Below are positions 48,976-62,600 of a stretch of 64,000 bases of DNA, piece by piece (within the stretch, counting starts at the first letter, position 1; every line of letters begins with the position of its first letter). The notes beneath the pieces were generated by a model. It had not been told where the DNA came from. It worked only from the letters and a program-made list of their open reading frames with translations, and ran no database searches. A program made the position numbers and the translations under genes. The DNA is taken from the NCBI GenBank assembly GCA_052327205.1, contig CM126209.1, positions 121,396,001 to 121,460,000 of the forward strand, given 5' to 3'. Source of the DNA: Somniosus microcephalus (lineage: Eukaryota).

Positions 48976-49690
48976 AGAAAATTTCTATTCTCATCCCCTC
49001 AAAATCAGCTTTTCTCCAATCTATTTCCCTGGTTTTTGTCATACTTATGTCCTTCTCAATTTTCATCTTAAAGCGTATTATATTATGGTCACTATTGCCT
49101 AGATGTTCCCCTACTTTTACTTCTCTTATCTGTGCTGGTTCATTCCCCAATACTAGATCCAATAGCGAATCCTCCCTTGTTGGGTTTTTTACATATTGGG
49201 TTAGAAAGGAGTCCTGTACACAATGTAGGAACTCCATTCCCTTATCCCCTTTACCTACCTCTTCTATCCAATTAATATCAGGGTAGTTGAAATCCCCCAT
49301 GATTATTATTCTATGTTTTTTACTCATTTCCCTAATTTGTCTGTATATTTCTTCCTCCACCTCCCTCTCACTATTAGGTGGTCTGTAGACTACACCTATT
49401 AGTGTGATTAATCCTTAATTATCTTTTATCTCTATCCATATGGATTCTACTTTTGTCTTGCTGATAGCTGCGTCACTTTTTTCTACTGCCATTATGTTAT
49501 CCCTAATAAGTACAGCTACTCCACCTCCCCCTTTTCCTTCTCTATCTTTTCTAAATATGTTATACCCTGAAATGTTCAATTCCCAGTCCTGATTTTTCTG
49601 TAGCCATGTCTCAGTAATCCTTACTATGTCTGGTTCCTCGCAACACATGATTGCCTCCAGCTCCCATGTTTTACTACACACTGTGTGCAT
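48976..49690 (-). mobile_element. CR1 AP-endonuclease region fragment
   Basis: ITETWL, GGGVAV, MGDFNYPDINW, LDLVL, SDHN motifs. Confidence 0.85.
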
Positions 49691-49949
49691 TGCTGTACAG
49701 ACAGTTTAACTCATTTTTAAGAGGATTTCCTCTCACTTTATGTTTAACCATCTTTTTAGACTCCTGTTCTATAACTCTATTTATTCCCTTGCCATCAATG
49801 TCCTCCTTTACTTTATTCTTTCCTATGCTCTCTTTTCCTGTTTTGTTTATAGTTGGGCTGGTTACATTTCTTGCAGATCCCTTCCCCCATCTTACAAGGA
49901 AGAGGCAAGGTTTGATGAGATGAGATGAGAGTCATACCGTAAACGTCTA

Positions 49950-50715
49950 AATCACATCAGTAGATATCCTCTCAACCTCTCAATGCATTAGACGGCCATC
50001 CTTCCCCTCCAGAGACTACTAGGGAATTATGCTGGCTGCTAGTCAAAGCCTTGCAAGCTACATCACCAAGGATCCAATCATTCTCTGTGGCTATTAAAAT
50101 GACCACTGCATTGCATTTTTTGCTATTGCTTCCTTCCAGGTAACCTCAAGTGATGTCTCTCACAACAGTCAAGTAGCTGTGCACCACTGCATAAAGAAGG
50201 CCACCAATGTTTCATTCAGGCAGGTTTCTAAATTTGTCAATTTTCAATCAACTCTTCCAAACAAAGAGATAAAGTCCTCAACTGGACTAGCTGGGTTCCC
50301 ACAAGTACAGAGTGCCATTGACTACAGTCGTAGCACTGATAGCCTCTTAGGAAAATCCCTAAAGCTCATCAATCAGAGCAGCTTCTATTCTAATAACGTG
50401 CAAGTAGTGTTTGATGCCAATCACGTAATATATATGTCAATGCCCCCTATCCAGAGGAGGTCAGAAGGATGGATGTTTCTTAGATCCTCCAGGTGCCTTA
50501 TTGCCACTTTCTCACTTTGTCAGTCAACAATGATGAGCCAATGATATCTCCTATTGTTGTGGCTGTTGACTGTTATAAGGCATCCACACACAGAAGGAGC
50601 AACTTGGAACAAATAGTATTGTTCTTCAGCAGACTATAGGAATATTGAAGTCTCGTTTCAGGTCCCTTAACAAATCTGGTGGTGCCCTGTAATGCAGCCT
50701 GAAAAGGGTTTCAGG
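49950..50715 (+). pseudogene. Highly decayed Harbinger transposase remnant
   Basis: AGFPQVQSAID and NVQVVFDAN motifs. Confidence 0.6.
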
Positions 50716-50719
50716 AGTT

Positions 50720-53220
50720 TATAGAATCATAGAATGATACAGCACAGAAGGAGGCCATTTGGCCCATTGCACCTGTGCTGGCTCTTTGAAAGAGCTATCC
50801 AATTAGTCCACTCTCCTGCTCTTTCCCCATAGCCCTGCAAATGTTTCTACTTCAAGTATTCATCCAATTCCCTTTTGAAAATTATTATTGAGTCTGCTTC
50901 CACCACCCTTTCAGACAGTGCATTCCAGATCATTACAACTCATTGCGTAAACATTTTTTTCCTCATGTCGCCTCTGGTTCTTTTGCCAATTACCTTAAAT
51001 CTGCATCCTCTTTGCCAGTGGAAACAATTTCTCCTTATTTACTCTATCAAACTCCTTCATCATTTTGAACATCTCTATCAAATCTCTTAAAACTTCTCTG
51101 CTCTAGGGAGAACAATCCCAGTTTCTCCAGTCTCTCCACGTAACTGAAGTCTTTCATACTTGATACCATTCTCGTAAATCTCCTCTGCACCTCTCTAAGG
51201 CCTTGACATCCTTCCTAAAGTGTGGTGCCCAGAATTGGCCACAACTCCAACTGGGACCTAACCAGTGTTTTATAAAGGTTTAGCATAAGTTCCTTGCTTT
51301 TGTACTCTATGCCTCTATTTATAAAGCCGAGGATACCATATGCTTTTTTAATAGTCTTTTCAACTTGTCCTGCCACCTTCAAAGATTTGTTTTCGTACAC
51401 CCCCTGGTCTCTCTGTTCCTACAGCCCCTTTAAAATTGTAACATTTAGTTTATATTGCCTCTCCTCATTCTTCCTACCAAAATTAATCACTTCATACTTC
51501 TCTGCGTTAAATTTCATCTGCTATGTGTCTGCCCATTTCACCAGTCTGTCTATTGTTCTCCTGAAGTCTGTTACTATCCTCCTCACTGCTTACTATATTT
51601 CCGAGTTTCATGTCATCTGCAAACTTTGAAATTATCCCCTCTATATCCAAGGCCAGGTCATTAATATATATTAAAAAGACCAGGGGTCCTAATACTGACC
51701 CCTGGGGAACACCACTGTACACTTCCCAACTGTCTGAAAAATAACCGTTCACCACTACTCTCTGCCGTAGCCAATTTTGTATCCACACAGCCACTGCCCC
51801 TTTAATCCCATGGGCTTCAGTTTTGCTAACAAGTCTATTACATGGGGCCAGAAATTCAGGTCTCCGCGGGTGAGTACGCGCTGTGTACTCACGCGTAGGG
51901 CCAACGAAAGTGCCAGTTTTGTGCATGCACTGCGCATGCGCTGGAAACCGGAACTTCCGTTCCCTTGAAGGAAGGGGTTCGAGGGTCAAACGCGTGCGCC
52001 CGAGAGGCAGCACGTATGCCTGGAACTTCCGATTTTTTACAGGTTTCTCCGGGAGGGTAAGTCTCTAGCAGCTGCGCGTTTAAAAAGCAGTCGCAAGGCC
52101 TGCTTTTAACAAGGTAAGTGGTGAATTAAGTAAAATTAAAACATTTTTTCCACAGGTTTATTATTTTTAAATACTTTAAAGAAAGGTAAGTTTATTTTTA
52201 GCCCTGTTAAAAACTGTAATTAATTTTTTCAAAAATTTTAATTATTGTTTAAAAGCTATTTTATGTAATTTATAGTTATTTTAAAAATGTGATTTAAAAA
52301 AATGTATTTGAAGTTTTAGTTAGGTTTTGGGGCTGATCTCTATTATAGATTTGACAGGTCTTCCTGTCAAATTTATGAATAGAGATTCCCTGCTACGATT
52401 GGCTCTCCATGGCCCACGTGATCCCAGGGGACGCTTCGAACTAACTACGCCCCTAGGATACGCAAGCACTGCACGCTGGCAGCTGGAGAACACCCAGGAT
52501 CGGGTCCGCAGCACAACAGCAGGCGCGCTAGGTAAGTGCAGGTCGGGGGCTTGCACCCGCGGGAAGCCTCCAACCCGAATTTCTGGGCCACTGTATTTTA
52601 TCAAACACCTTTTGAAAGTTCAGAAACACAACATCAACCGCACTACCCTCATATACCCTCCGTTACTTCATCAAAGAACTCAATCAAGTTAGTCAAACAT
52701 GAATTGCCTTTAACAAATTCATGCTGCCTTTCATTTATTAACCTAGATTTTTCCAAGTACCAATTAATTTTGTCTCTGATTATTGTTTCTAAAAGTTTCC
52801 CCACCACCAACATTAGGCTGACTGACCTGTAGTTGCCAGGTTTATCCCTCTCCCTTTTTATAAACAGAGGTGTAACATTTGCAGTCCTCTGGCACCATTC
52901 CCATAACTAAGGAGGATTGGAAGATCATGGTCAGAGCCTGTGCAATTTCACCCTTACTTCCCTCAGCAACCTAGGATGCATCCCATTGGACCGGGTGACT
53001 TTTCTACTTCGAGCACACCAACCTTTTAAGTACCTCCTCTTTATCTATTTTTATCCTATCCAATTTCTTTACTAGCTCCTCCTTTACTCCTACATTGGCA
53101 GCATTCTCTTCTTTAGTGAATACAGATGCCAAGTACCTCAGTCCATGCCCTCTGCCTCCACAAGAAGATCTCCTTTTTGGACCCTAAATCGGCCCCATCC
53201 TTACTTTTATTACCCTTTTA
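50720..53220 (-). mobile_element. CR1 RT fragment interrupted by a Harbinger-type MITE (~51844-52589)
   Basis: SGVPQGSVLGP...FADD; MITE ends GGGCCAGAAATTC / GAATTTCTGGGCC. Confidence 0.85.
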
Positions 53221-53269
53221 TTAACTGTTAGCTTCTATTACATGTTACATCACTTTACAATTTACAAAG

Positions 53270-56200
53270 TGTAATGTATGTACCTTTAAGAGGAACTATG
53301 TTTTTGAAGCCCCTGTATACTGTAGTACCAGTAGTGACCACTCGGGTATATAAGCCTGTGTAGCGTCTTGTGTTGTTAGTTCACCTCCAGACTTTGTTCA
53401 GTAAACACTTGTTAAATCAACTCCTGCATTCCGTGTCTCCATTAACACACGGATCTAACGGTGGCGACGAGTTAGAAACGAACTTACCTGCAATTCGGCA
53501 GCACCTCAAGGGGATCGATTCCTCAGACGAAGGTCGAAGCCAGAAGCAAGAAAAAAAATAATAACTCGAGGAAACTCGAAAACGAGGCCAGGCTTGGTCT
53601 CCAGTCTGTGGTTTCCCCAGCTAAACGGGCTGGTGGCAGGTAGTGCACTGATCCTTCCTGGGCTGCGGCGGGCTAGAGCTCGATCGGGTGGCTCTGCAAC
53701 GGGGCCGGGCAGCGAGTCGGGAAGCAGAAGCAAAGAGAGAGAGAGGGTGGAGCACTCAGGGCGCGGCCGGTGCTGCAAAGCAGGTCGGCGTTCGGACCGA
53801 GCAGAGGGAGGGGAAAGTCCCAGAGCGTCCGCTCCACGGCGGGAACGGTTCTCCAAGTAACGGAGAAACTATTGAAGCGATATATAAAAAAAAATAGAAA
53901 TACCGCAAAAAGCTGCAGGTCGCAACGGGAACCGTGGAGAACAGCGTTGGCAGCAGCGATTGGGGAGGCGCAAAGACCATAGTGCGTCGCCATTAAAAAA
54001 AATATATATATATATATTCATCGCCAGCAACAGCGTTGGCAGCAGCGGCAGCGGCGGGAAAGCGTGGGAGGCGCCATCTTAACTCGGCGGGGAAGAAAGA
54101 AAAGCGCGGGAAGCGCCATTTTAGATTTTCAAGATGTCGAAGACTGGCAATATTACTGCTTTCGATAGTGATATAGAAGATTGGACCACATATGTGGAAA
54201 GAGTGGAGGTATATTGCAAGGCGAATGAAGTAGCGGATGATAAAAAGGCATCGTTACTTCTAAATCTGATGGGCGCAAGGACATACGGGCTGTTACGAAA
54301 CTTGATCACTCCAGCCAAACAGATGGACAAGAATTTTAAGGAGATTGTTGATACCTTACAGGAGCACTTAAACCCAACACCGCTGCTGATAGCGGAACGA
54401 TTCAAATTCTTCAGGAGGAATCAGCACAAGAATGAAAGTAATGCTGATTACCTCACCGAATTACGAAAGCTGTCAAAGCACTGCCAATTCGGGGCAGGAC
54501 TGGCAGATTCTCTACGAGACAAATTCGTCTGCGGTCTCCTAAGCGAAGGAACACAGAAAAGACTACTTTCTGAGAAAGATTTGACACTGGACAAGGCTTT
54601 GTGTGGCTGTATCATACGAAGCAGCAGCAAGAGGAGCTGCAGAGATACAGCAAAAGCCACAGGACTTCAGCACCCATGAAATGACACGGGGTTTCGAGAG
54701 ATGTTATCGCTGCGGCAGATCCACCCATGACCAGAAGGACTGCTGGTTCAAGGACAAAGCATGCAGGCAATGCAGAAAGATGGGACACATTGCACGTGTA
54801 TGCAGATCTGGAAAGAAATCCGCAGACAGCAAAAAGGTCAATAAGGAAAAGTACAGAAAGGTACAAATGATGACGGACAGTAGCTCCGAAGACCAGAAGA
54901 GCGATAGCGACTCCGGAAACAAGAGACTAAGCTGTCTCAAATTACATAATGTAATTGCCAAAGAAGATTACCAGACCATTTGGGTTACCCTCACGATAGC
55001 GGGGTCCCCAGTCAAAATGGAGCTAGATACAGGATCAGCTCTGACCGTCATGAGTCGATGGGATTACGAGCGGCTATTTCCGCATATACCTTTGAAAGAC
55101 ACATCCATTGTCTTGAAGACATATACGGGGCAGAAAGTATACCCCAGAGGGAAAATAAGGGTACCTGTTGTATACAACGGCAAGGAAATACAGAAGTTGT
55201 ATTTATACGTTCTGCAAGATGGTGGTCCACCATTGTTGGGACGTGAATGGATCAGAAAGATACGTTTAGACTGGCACTCCATTCAGGCACTGACGGTGAC
55301 CAGTAAGAAAAAAAACGATGATGACGTCATACCTGGACGATTAAAAGAAATCTTGGCTAACGCCAAAGAAGTGTTTCAACAGGAACTAGGAACCCTGAAA
55401 GGCGCCACCGCCTCAATAAAAGTGGAAGATGCGGCAATTCCCAAGTTTTTTAAGGCAAGGCCGGTGCCATACGCAATTCGTCCAGCCGTCGAGGCAGAGC
55501 TGGAGAATTTGGAAAAAGCAGGCGTGTTATCCAAGGTAGATTGGAGTGAGTGGGCAACACCCATCGTCCCAGTCATGAAGAAAACGTTGAATAATGATAA
55601 ATCTGAAGAACAGAGAAAAGTTCGCATCTGTGGGGCCTTCAAGGTGACTGTAAACCCGGTTCTTCACACGGTACAGTATCCTCTTCCGAGGATAGAAGAT
55701 ATTTTCGCCTCACTATCTGGAGGGAAACGTTTCACCAAAATTGACTTAGCACAGGCATATCTACAGATGGAGGTTGAGGAGGCCTCTAAAAAGTATCTCA
55801 CGATAAACACACACAAAGGCCTGTACCAGTACAATCGACTGGTTTTCGGAGTGGCATCAGCTCCGGCTATCTGGCAAAGAGCTATGGAGCAAGTCCTGCA
55901 AGGGATTCCGGGGACTCAATGCTACCTAGATGACATCCTTGTAACAGGAGAAAACGACAACGAGCACCTTGCCAACTTGGAGCAGGTGCTCACGAGGCTG
56001 AGAGAACGGGGCCTACGAGCAAATCGCCCCAAATGTGAATTTTTCCAGAAACAAATATCATATTGTGGCCATGTCATTAACGAAGAAGGGTTGCATAAGT
56101 CACCTGAAAAAATTGAAGCGGTCGTAAAGGCCCCAGCGCCTGAAAATGTCTCACAATTAAGGTCGTTCCTGGGATTAGTAAATTGCTATCATAAATTTTT

Positions 56201-58370
56201 ACCAAACTTGTCGACGGTTCTGCACCCGTTTAACGCACTGCTACAAACGGGAGTAGTTTGGAAATGGAGCGAAGACTGTAAACGTGCCTTCCATAAATGC
56301 AAAGTCTTGATCACATCCAGGGAAGTGTTGGCTCATTACAACCCATCACTGCCAATCAGACTGGCGTGCGATGCATCCCCTTACGGCGTGGGAGCAGTAT
56401 TATCGCATAGATTCCCTGATGGCTCGGAGCGGCGGTTAGCTTTGGCGTCACGCTCATTGAACTCAGCTGAGCGTAACTATGCCCAGATCGACAGGGAGGC
56501 ACTCAGCCTGGTGTGGGGGGTGAAGAAATTCAACCATTACCTACACGGACAAAAGTTTACCTTGTTGACTGACCATCAACCCCTCGTCTCCATATTCAAC
56601 CCTAAAAAGGGCGTTCCCATTATGACAGCGCAAAGGCTACAGAGGTGGTCCCTTTTCCTAGGGGCACATCAATATGACATAGAGTACGAAGGAACAAAAC
56701 AGCATGGGAATGCTGACGGGTTATCGCGCCTACCGTTGCCAACGGTGGACCCAGTGGAGATATTCCACTCGACCATAGTGGAATGTCTACCGGTGACAAA
56801 TTCTACCATTGAAAAGGAAACGCGAAATGACCCGACTCTCTCACGAGTCTATGATTTAACGGTGAAGGGATGGCCAGCACATGGCGAACCACTGTTGCCA
56901 GCATTCTCGCAAAGAAGAGAACAGCTGTCAGTGTGCCGAGGAACCTTGATGTGTGGATCCAGAGTGGTGATTCCACCCAAACTCAAGGATAGAATGCTAA
57001 AGGAGCTTCACGAGGGGCATCTGGGTGGAGTGAAAATGAAGAACTTAGCCAGAGCGTTTGTGTGGTGGCCAGGTATCAATGGAGACATCGAAGAAATGAC
57101 CAAGAGCTGTCTAGGATGCCAGAAGGTCCAAAACGCACCACCACAAGCCCCTCTACATCCATGGGAGTGGCCCTCATCTCCATGGCAAAGGGTACATATC
57201 GACTTTGCTGGTCCATTTATGGACTCAATGTTCTTAATCGCGGTGGATGCACACTCCAAGTGGCTGGAGGTAATAAAGATGTCCTCCACCACCACGGAAA
57301 AAACCATCACAGTATTAAGGACCATATTCGCCAGGAATGGGCTGCCTGAACAGATCTGTTCTGATAATGGACCGCAATTTGTATCCGAAGAATTCAGGAA
57401 GTTCTTAAAAAACAATGTGGTTAAGCACTACACGTCCGCCCCATACCATCCCGCCACCAATGGATTGGCTGAAAGGTTTGTCCAGACCTTCAAGAAGGCC
57501 ATAAAGGCCATGGGTAATGAAGACATAAATCTACAACATAAGGTAGATAACTTCTTGTTTGCGTACAGGAACGCAACACATGTGGTTACAAACCAAACCC
57601 CCGCCATGATGTTTTTCAATAGAAGACTAAGATGCCGGCTGGATTTGGTCAAGCCAAACGTCAGAAGGGACGTAGAGAACCGGCAATTTCAAAGCATGAA
57701 TGAAAGGCCAATTAGAACCTTCCAGATAGGTCAACCAGTTTTGGCCCGGGACTACCGTACCGAGAAATGGCAGCCTGGAACTATTTGCACACGACTAGGA
57801 CCGCTGATGTATACCGTGGACATTGGAGAAAGCATAATAAGGCGCCATGCTGACCAGATCATAGAGTCATCTGAAAAAGGACAACCTACACCACGACTCT
57901 ATATGCCTAGTGATGAAGCAGAGATACCCATAGTCTCTACCTCCGATCCGGTGATACTGGAACCAGATGAACCCGACACTGGCATTGAAGCCGAATCGAC
58001 CTTGCCAAAAGAACCTACTACACCACCGAGGCGTTATCCGGACCGAGTCAGGAAGCCTCCAGAGAGACTGAATTTGTAATTGATTAACTTCAGCAAATGT
58101 GTATATTATTGTTCTTGTAAAAATGTTATTTAATGATTACTTAAAATGTTATGTACTATTTATCTAAAAGGGGAGGAATTGTAGTGTATGTACCTTTAAG
58201 AGGAACTATGTTTTTGAAGCCCCTGTATACTGTAGTACCAGTAGTGACCACTCGGGTATATAAGCCTGTGTAGCGTCTTGTGTTGTTAGTTCACCTCCAG
58301 ACTTTGTTCAGTAAACACTTGTTAAATCAACTCCTGCATTCTGTGTCTCCATTAACACACGGATCTAACA
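53270..58370 (+). mobile_element. Full-length Ty3/Gypsy (Mag-type) LTR retrotransposon
   Basis: 191-bp LTRs 53270-53460 / 58180-58370 (3 differences), TSD CAAAG, PBS TGGCGACGAG 53462, PPT AAAAGGGGAGGAA. Confidence 0.97.
54134..58079 (+). pseudogene. gag-pol (Gag, 2x CCHC, PR LDTGS, RT YLDD, RNase H, IN) with one frameshift near 54600
   Basis: ORFs 54134-54679 and 54603-58079; 2 nt missing versus the 1-1306 copy. Confidence 0.92.
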
Positions 58371-59613
58371 CAAAGCAGATGAGAATGAAGAATAGGAAGA
58401 AGAAACTGGCCCTCCATCACCATATCATGAGGAGTCTGCACAGAAGGGAGAAGTGGTGCCTGCAGCATTGCATGCAGCTCAAGAGAGAGAGAGAGAGAGG
58501 AGGCAACACAAAATAAACAGCAACTTTCAATAAATGTTACTCAAGAAACACATTCCTTATTTTTTCTTGGGATGTGGGCAACACTGGTTAGGCAGTATTT
58601 ATTGCCCACTCCTAGTTACCCTGAGCGAATTAGGAGTCAACCACATCATGTGATACTAGGTGTGATGTAGGCCAGACTGGGTAGTCGGAAGGACTATAGT
58701 GAACCTTTTGCGTTATTAGCAACACTCCAGTAGCTCTAATTAATTTCCTGGTGCTAGCCCTCAAATGGCCACATTTATTGAATTCAATGCCAATCTTACA
58801 GGTTAACTACTCAGAACACAAATCTGCAATTACATCTACTCCATACCATTGTGTCTACCCCTTGTGCCTAATACCAACAACTTGCATCTATACAGCGCCA
58901 TTAACATAGTAAAATGTAGTATTACCTTGCTAACTTGAAGCTCCGATCTTTTACTTCTACATGGTGCTCCCTGTGCAACAGAATGCCGAGGGGTGGGTGG
59001 CTGAGACATTTCTGCTGGAGCCTTCAAGGACTGAGGTGAAGCTCACCTCAATGATGCTGATGTCCTTGAAGAACCTGCCTCCAGCTGCTTCTCTCTTGTG
59101 ACTGCAATGGGTACCAAGTCTTGGCCTGAAGCTGCTTTTTATGCTGGCACTAGAGGGGGCAGGTAGGACGGCACCTCATTACACTGGACCTGAAATTGCA
59201 GTCAGAGGCTTCCTATGGGCGAAAGCCTCCGAACCGCAAGTAAAATCCATAAGTACCTGATGGCCCCAGACCTACAAAGACCTGCACTCCTGGACCTGCA
59301 GGCGTACGCCTGCGTAAAGGTCCATGGATCCCAGGGGCGCACACGGTTCGCAAGAGTCCCGGGATCTCGTGGGCTGGCCCAACCAATCAAAAAGGGGGAT
59401 TCCCATTCTGCTTCTGGGAATTCCACTTACGTACGGAATCCCTATAAGCATATTAGGAATCCCTAAAAATACACTTTCACCCCACTTAAATAAAAAATAA
59501 ATCATCACATGTTATAAATTAATTCAAATACAATTTAATTAAACATTTAAAACAAAAATTTAATTTTTTGGAAAATAAATTTAAACATTTTAAAAGGGCC
59601 AAAAATAATCTAA

Positions 59614-62600
59614 TGTGGCGGAGACCACACAGGGACAATAACACAATGCTGTTATATGTACCTAAACACAATTCACTATGTATAGCAATGTTGTGATGTG
59701 TACATGCTGGGTTGGGTTATTGGTGCAGGGTCCCTTTAAGAGCGTCGGTAGCGTGATGACGTCATAGCCTCTGCACGGGGCTGAGCCCTTCAGACCTCGT
59801 GGAGAGTGATTAAAGAAAGACACGTTTTGCCTTTGCTTAAACAAAAGTCTCTGCCTGTTGTTTTCTATCGATCCCACCAGTGGTGACCCCGCTGCTCTTT
59901 TGGACGATTCCAAAGACCTCATCTGAAATGGCGACGAACGCCGTTTCCATCAAATTACCCAAGTTTTGGGAACGACAGGCTGCCGCTTGGTTCGCCCAGG
60001 CCGAGGCTCAATTTGCACTCCAGGACATCACCGCGGACGACACGAGGTACTACTACGTCGTCTCTGCTCTCGGCAGCTCCACCGCGACCAGAGTCACGAA
60101 CCTGCTCGAAAACCCCCCGGAGCTCAACAAATACGGTACGCTGAAAGCGCACCTCTTACAAACTTTCTGATTCACCGAAGCCGAACGCACACGCCGGCTT
60201 CTCTCTCTACCCGGGCTTGGCGACTCCAAGCCCTCGGAGCTGATGGACCACATGCTGGCCCTCCTGGGCACACACATGCCGTGCTTCCTCTTCAAGGAAC
60301 TGTTCCTTCAACAGCTACCAGGTCAGGTACGGTCGGCTTTAGCCAACTCTTCCACTACCGATTTCCGCGAACTGGCCAAGGAGGCCGACAAATTTTTCTC
60401 CGCCGGGCAACAGTACTGCGCGGCCATGCGGAGCCCTGCCCCCACTGATACAGCCCAACAGTGGCAACCCTCAAGCCTCTGCTTCTACCATGCGCAGTTC
60501 GGCCCCAAAGCCAGGAAGTGCTGGTCCCCGTGCAGTTTCCCCGCGTCGAAACAAACCAAAGGCCACTCATCGGCAGCTATGGCTGTCGGCCGTTCAGGCA
60601 GTTTGTTGTTTATTACAGACACCGACTCCGGACGTCGTTTCCTTTGCGACATGGGCGCCCAGGTGAGCGTCCTGCCCGCGTCAACCATAGACATTCAAGG
60701 GGACAACCACGGCCCCGTCCTCGAAGCCGCCAATGGCAGCTCCATCCGCACCTTCGGGAAACGGAACGTGGCGCTTTGTTTTGGCGGGCAGCGGTTCACC
60801 TGGGACTTTGTCACAGCAAAAATGTCCACTCCCCTTCGCGGCGCTGACTTCCTCTGCGCCAATGGCCTTTTGGTGGACGTCAAGAACCGACGTCTCATCA
60901 ACGCGGAAACCTTCAGCTCGCTCCCATGTTCCCTCAGCGGGTCCAGCACAACGCAGTTGTCCAGCGCACTCTCGGCCTCCGACAAGTTTTCCCGCCTCCT
61001 CGCCCAGTTCCCGGACCTCACGAAGTCCACGTTCTCGTCCGCCGCCACCAAACACGGGGTAGAACACCACATCTCGACCACCGGTCTGCCCGTCTACACC
61101 CGCGCTCGGCGCCTCGACCCGGGGAAGCTCACCATCGCCAAAGCCGAGTTCGACACCATGGAGTGCCTCGGCATCATCCGCCGGTCGAACAGTCCATGGG
61201 CTTCGCCCCTCCACATCGCCCCGAAGCCAGGCAGCGGGTGGCGCCCGTGCGGAGGTTACCGGCGCCTCAACGACGCTACGACCCCCGACCGCTATCCGAT
61301 TCCACACATCCAGGACTTTTCCGCCCGCCTGGCCGGGAATGTGGTATTCTCGAAAGTGGGCCTCGTCCGAGGTTACCACCAGGTCCCTGTCCGGCTGCAG
61401 GACGTCCCGAAAACCGCAGTGATCACCCCGTTCGGGCTATTCGAATTTCTCCGCATGCCATTCGGCCTCAAAAATGCCGCACAGGCTTTTCAACGCCTAA
61501 TGGACACCGTGTTACGGGACCTGACATTCCTGTTCGTATACCTGGACGACATCCTCATCGCCAGTGCCTCCAGGACGGAGCAGGTGTCCCACCTCCGGAC
61601 ACTCTTCGAACGACTCAGCCAACACGGCCTAATCGTCAACCCGGCCAAGTGTCAGTTCGGGCTGTCCTCAATCGACTTTCTCGGACACCGCATCACGAAG
61701 GACGGGGCAGTGCCACTGCCATCGAAAGTGGAGGCCGTGAAGGATTTCCCGCGACCCCTCACCATGACGGCCCTGTAGGAGTTTTTGGGCATGGTGAACT
61801 TTTACCATCGTTTCGTCCCCCGAGCAGCCCAGCTTATGCGGGCCCTTTACAAGGCCCTCAAAGGCAAGCCCGACAAACTCGCCGTTGACTGGTCCGATGA
61901 GATGGCCAAGTCTTTCACGGACACGAGAAGGGCCCTGGCTAACACGACCATGCTGGCGCATCCGTTACCTGATGCACCGATCGCTCTCACCACCGACGCC
62001 ACGGACTATGCAGTCGGCGCCGTCCACGAACAGTGGGTCAACGGCGCCGAGCAGCCGCTTGCCTTCTTCAGCCGGCAGCTCTGCCCCAACGAGCGGAATT
62101 ACAGCGCCTTTGAACGCAAGCTTCTCGGCCTCTACCTCGCCGTCCGTCACTTCCGTTTCCTGCTGGAGGCCCGCCCGTTCACGGTGTTCGTGGACCACAA
62201 GCCATTGACCTTCGCCATGGCCAAAACCTCCGAGCCGTGGTCGGCCCGTCAGCAACGCCAGTTGGCCTCCATCTCGGAGTTTACAACGGACATCCAGCAT
62301 GTGGCTGGGAAAGACAACCCCGTCGCCGACTGTCTCACCCGAGCCGCCGCCAGCGCCGTACACCTCGGCATCGACTACACCCGCATGGCGGCTGACCAGG
62401 CCTCTGACCTGGACGTCCAGGCCTACAGGACAGCGGTCACGGGTCTTCAACTAGCGGACGTCGCGTTCGACGCTGCCAGCACCACACTCCTGTGCGACGT
62501 CTCCGTTGGGCAGCCTCGTCCCGTTGTGCCCGAAAGGTGGAGATGGCAAGTTTTCGACGCTGTCCATAATCTTTCCCACCCGGGCAGGAAGCCGTCACAG

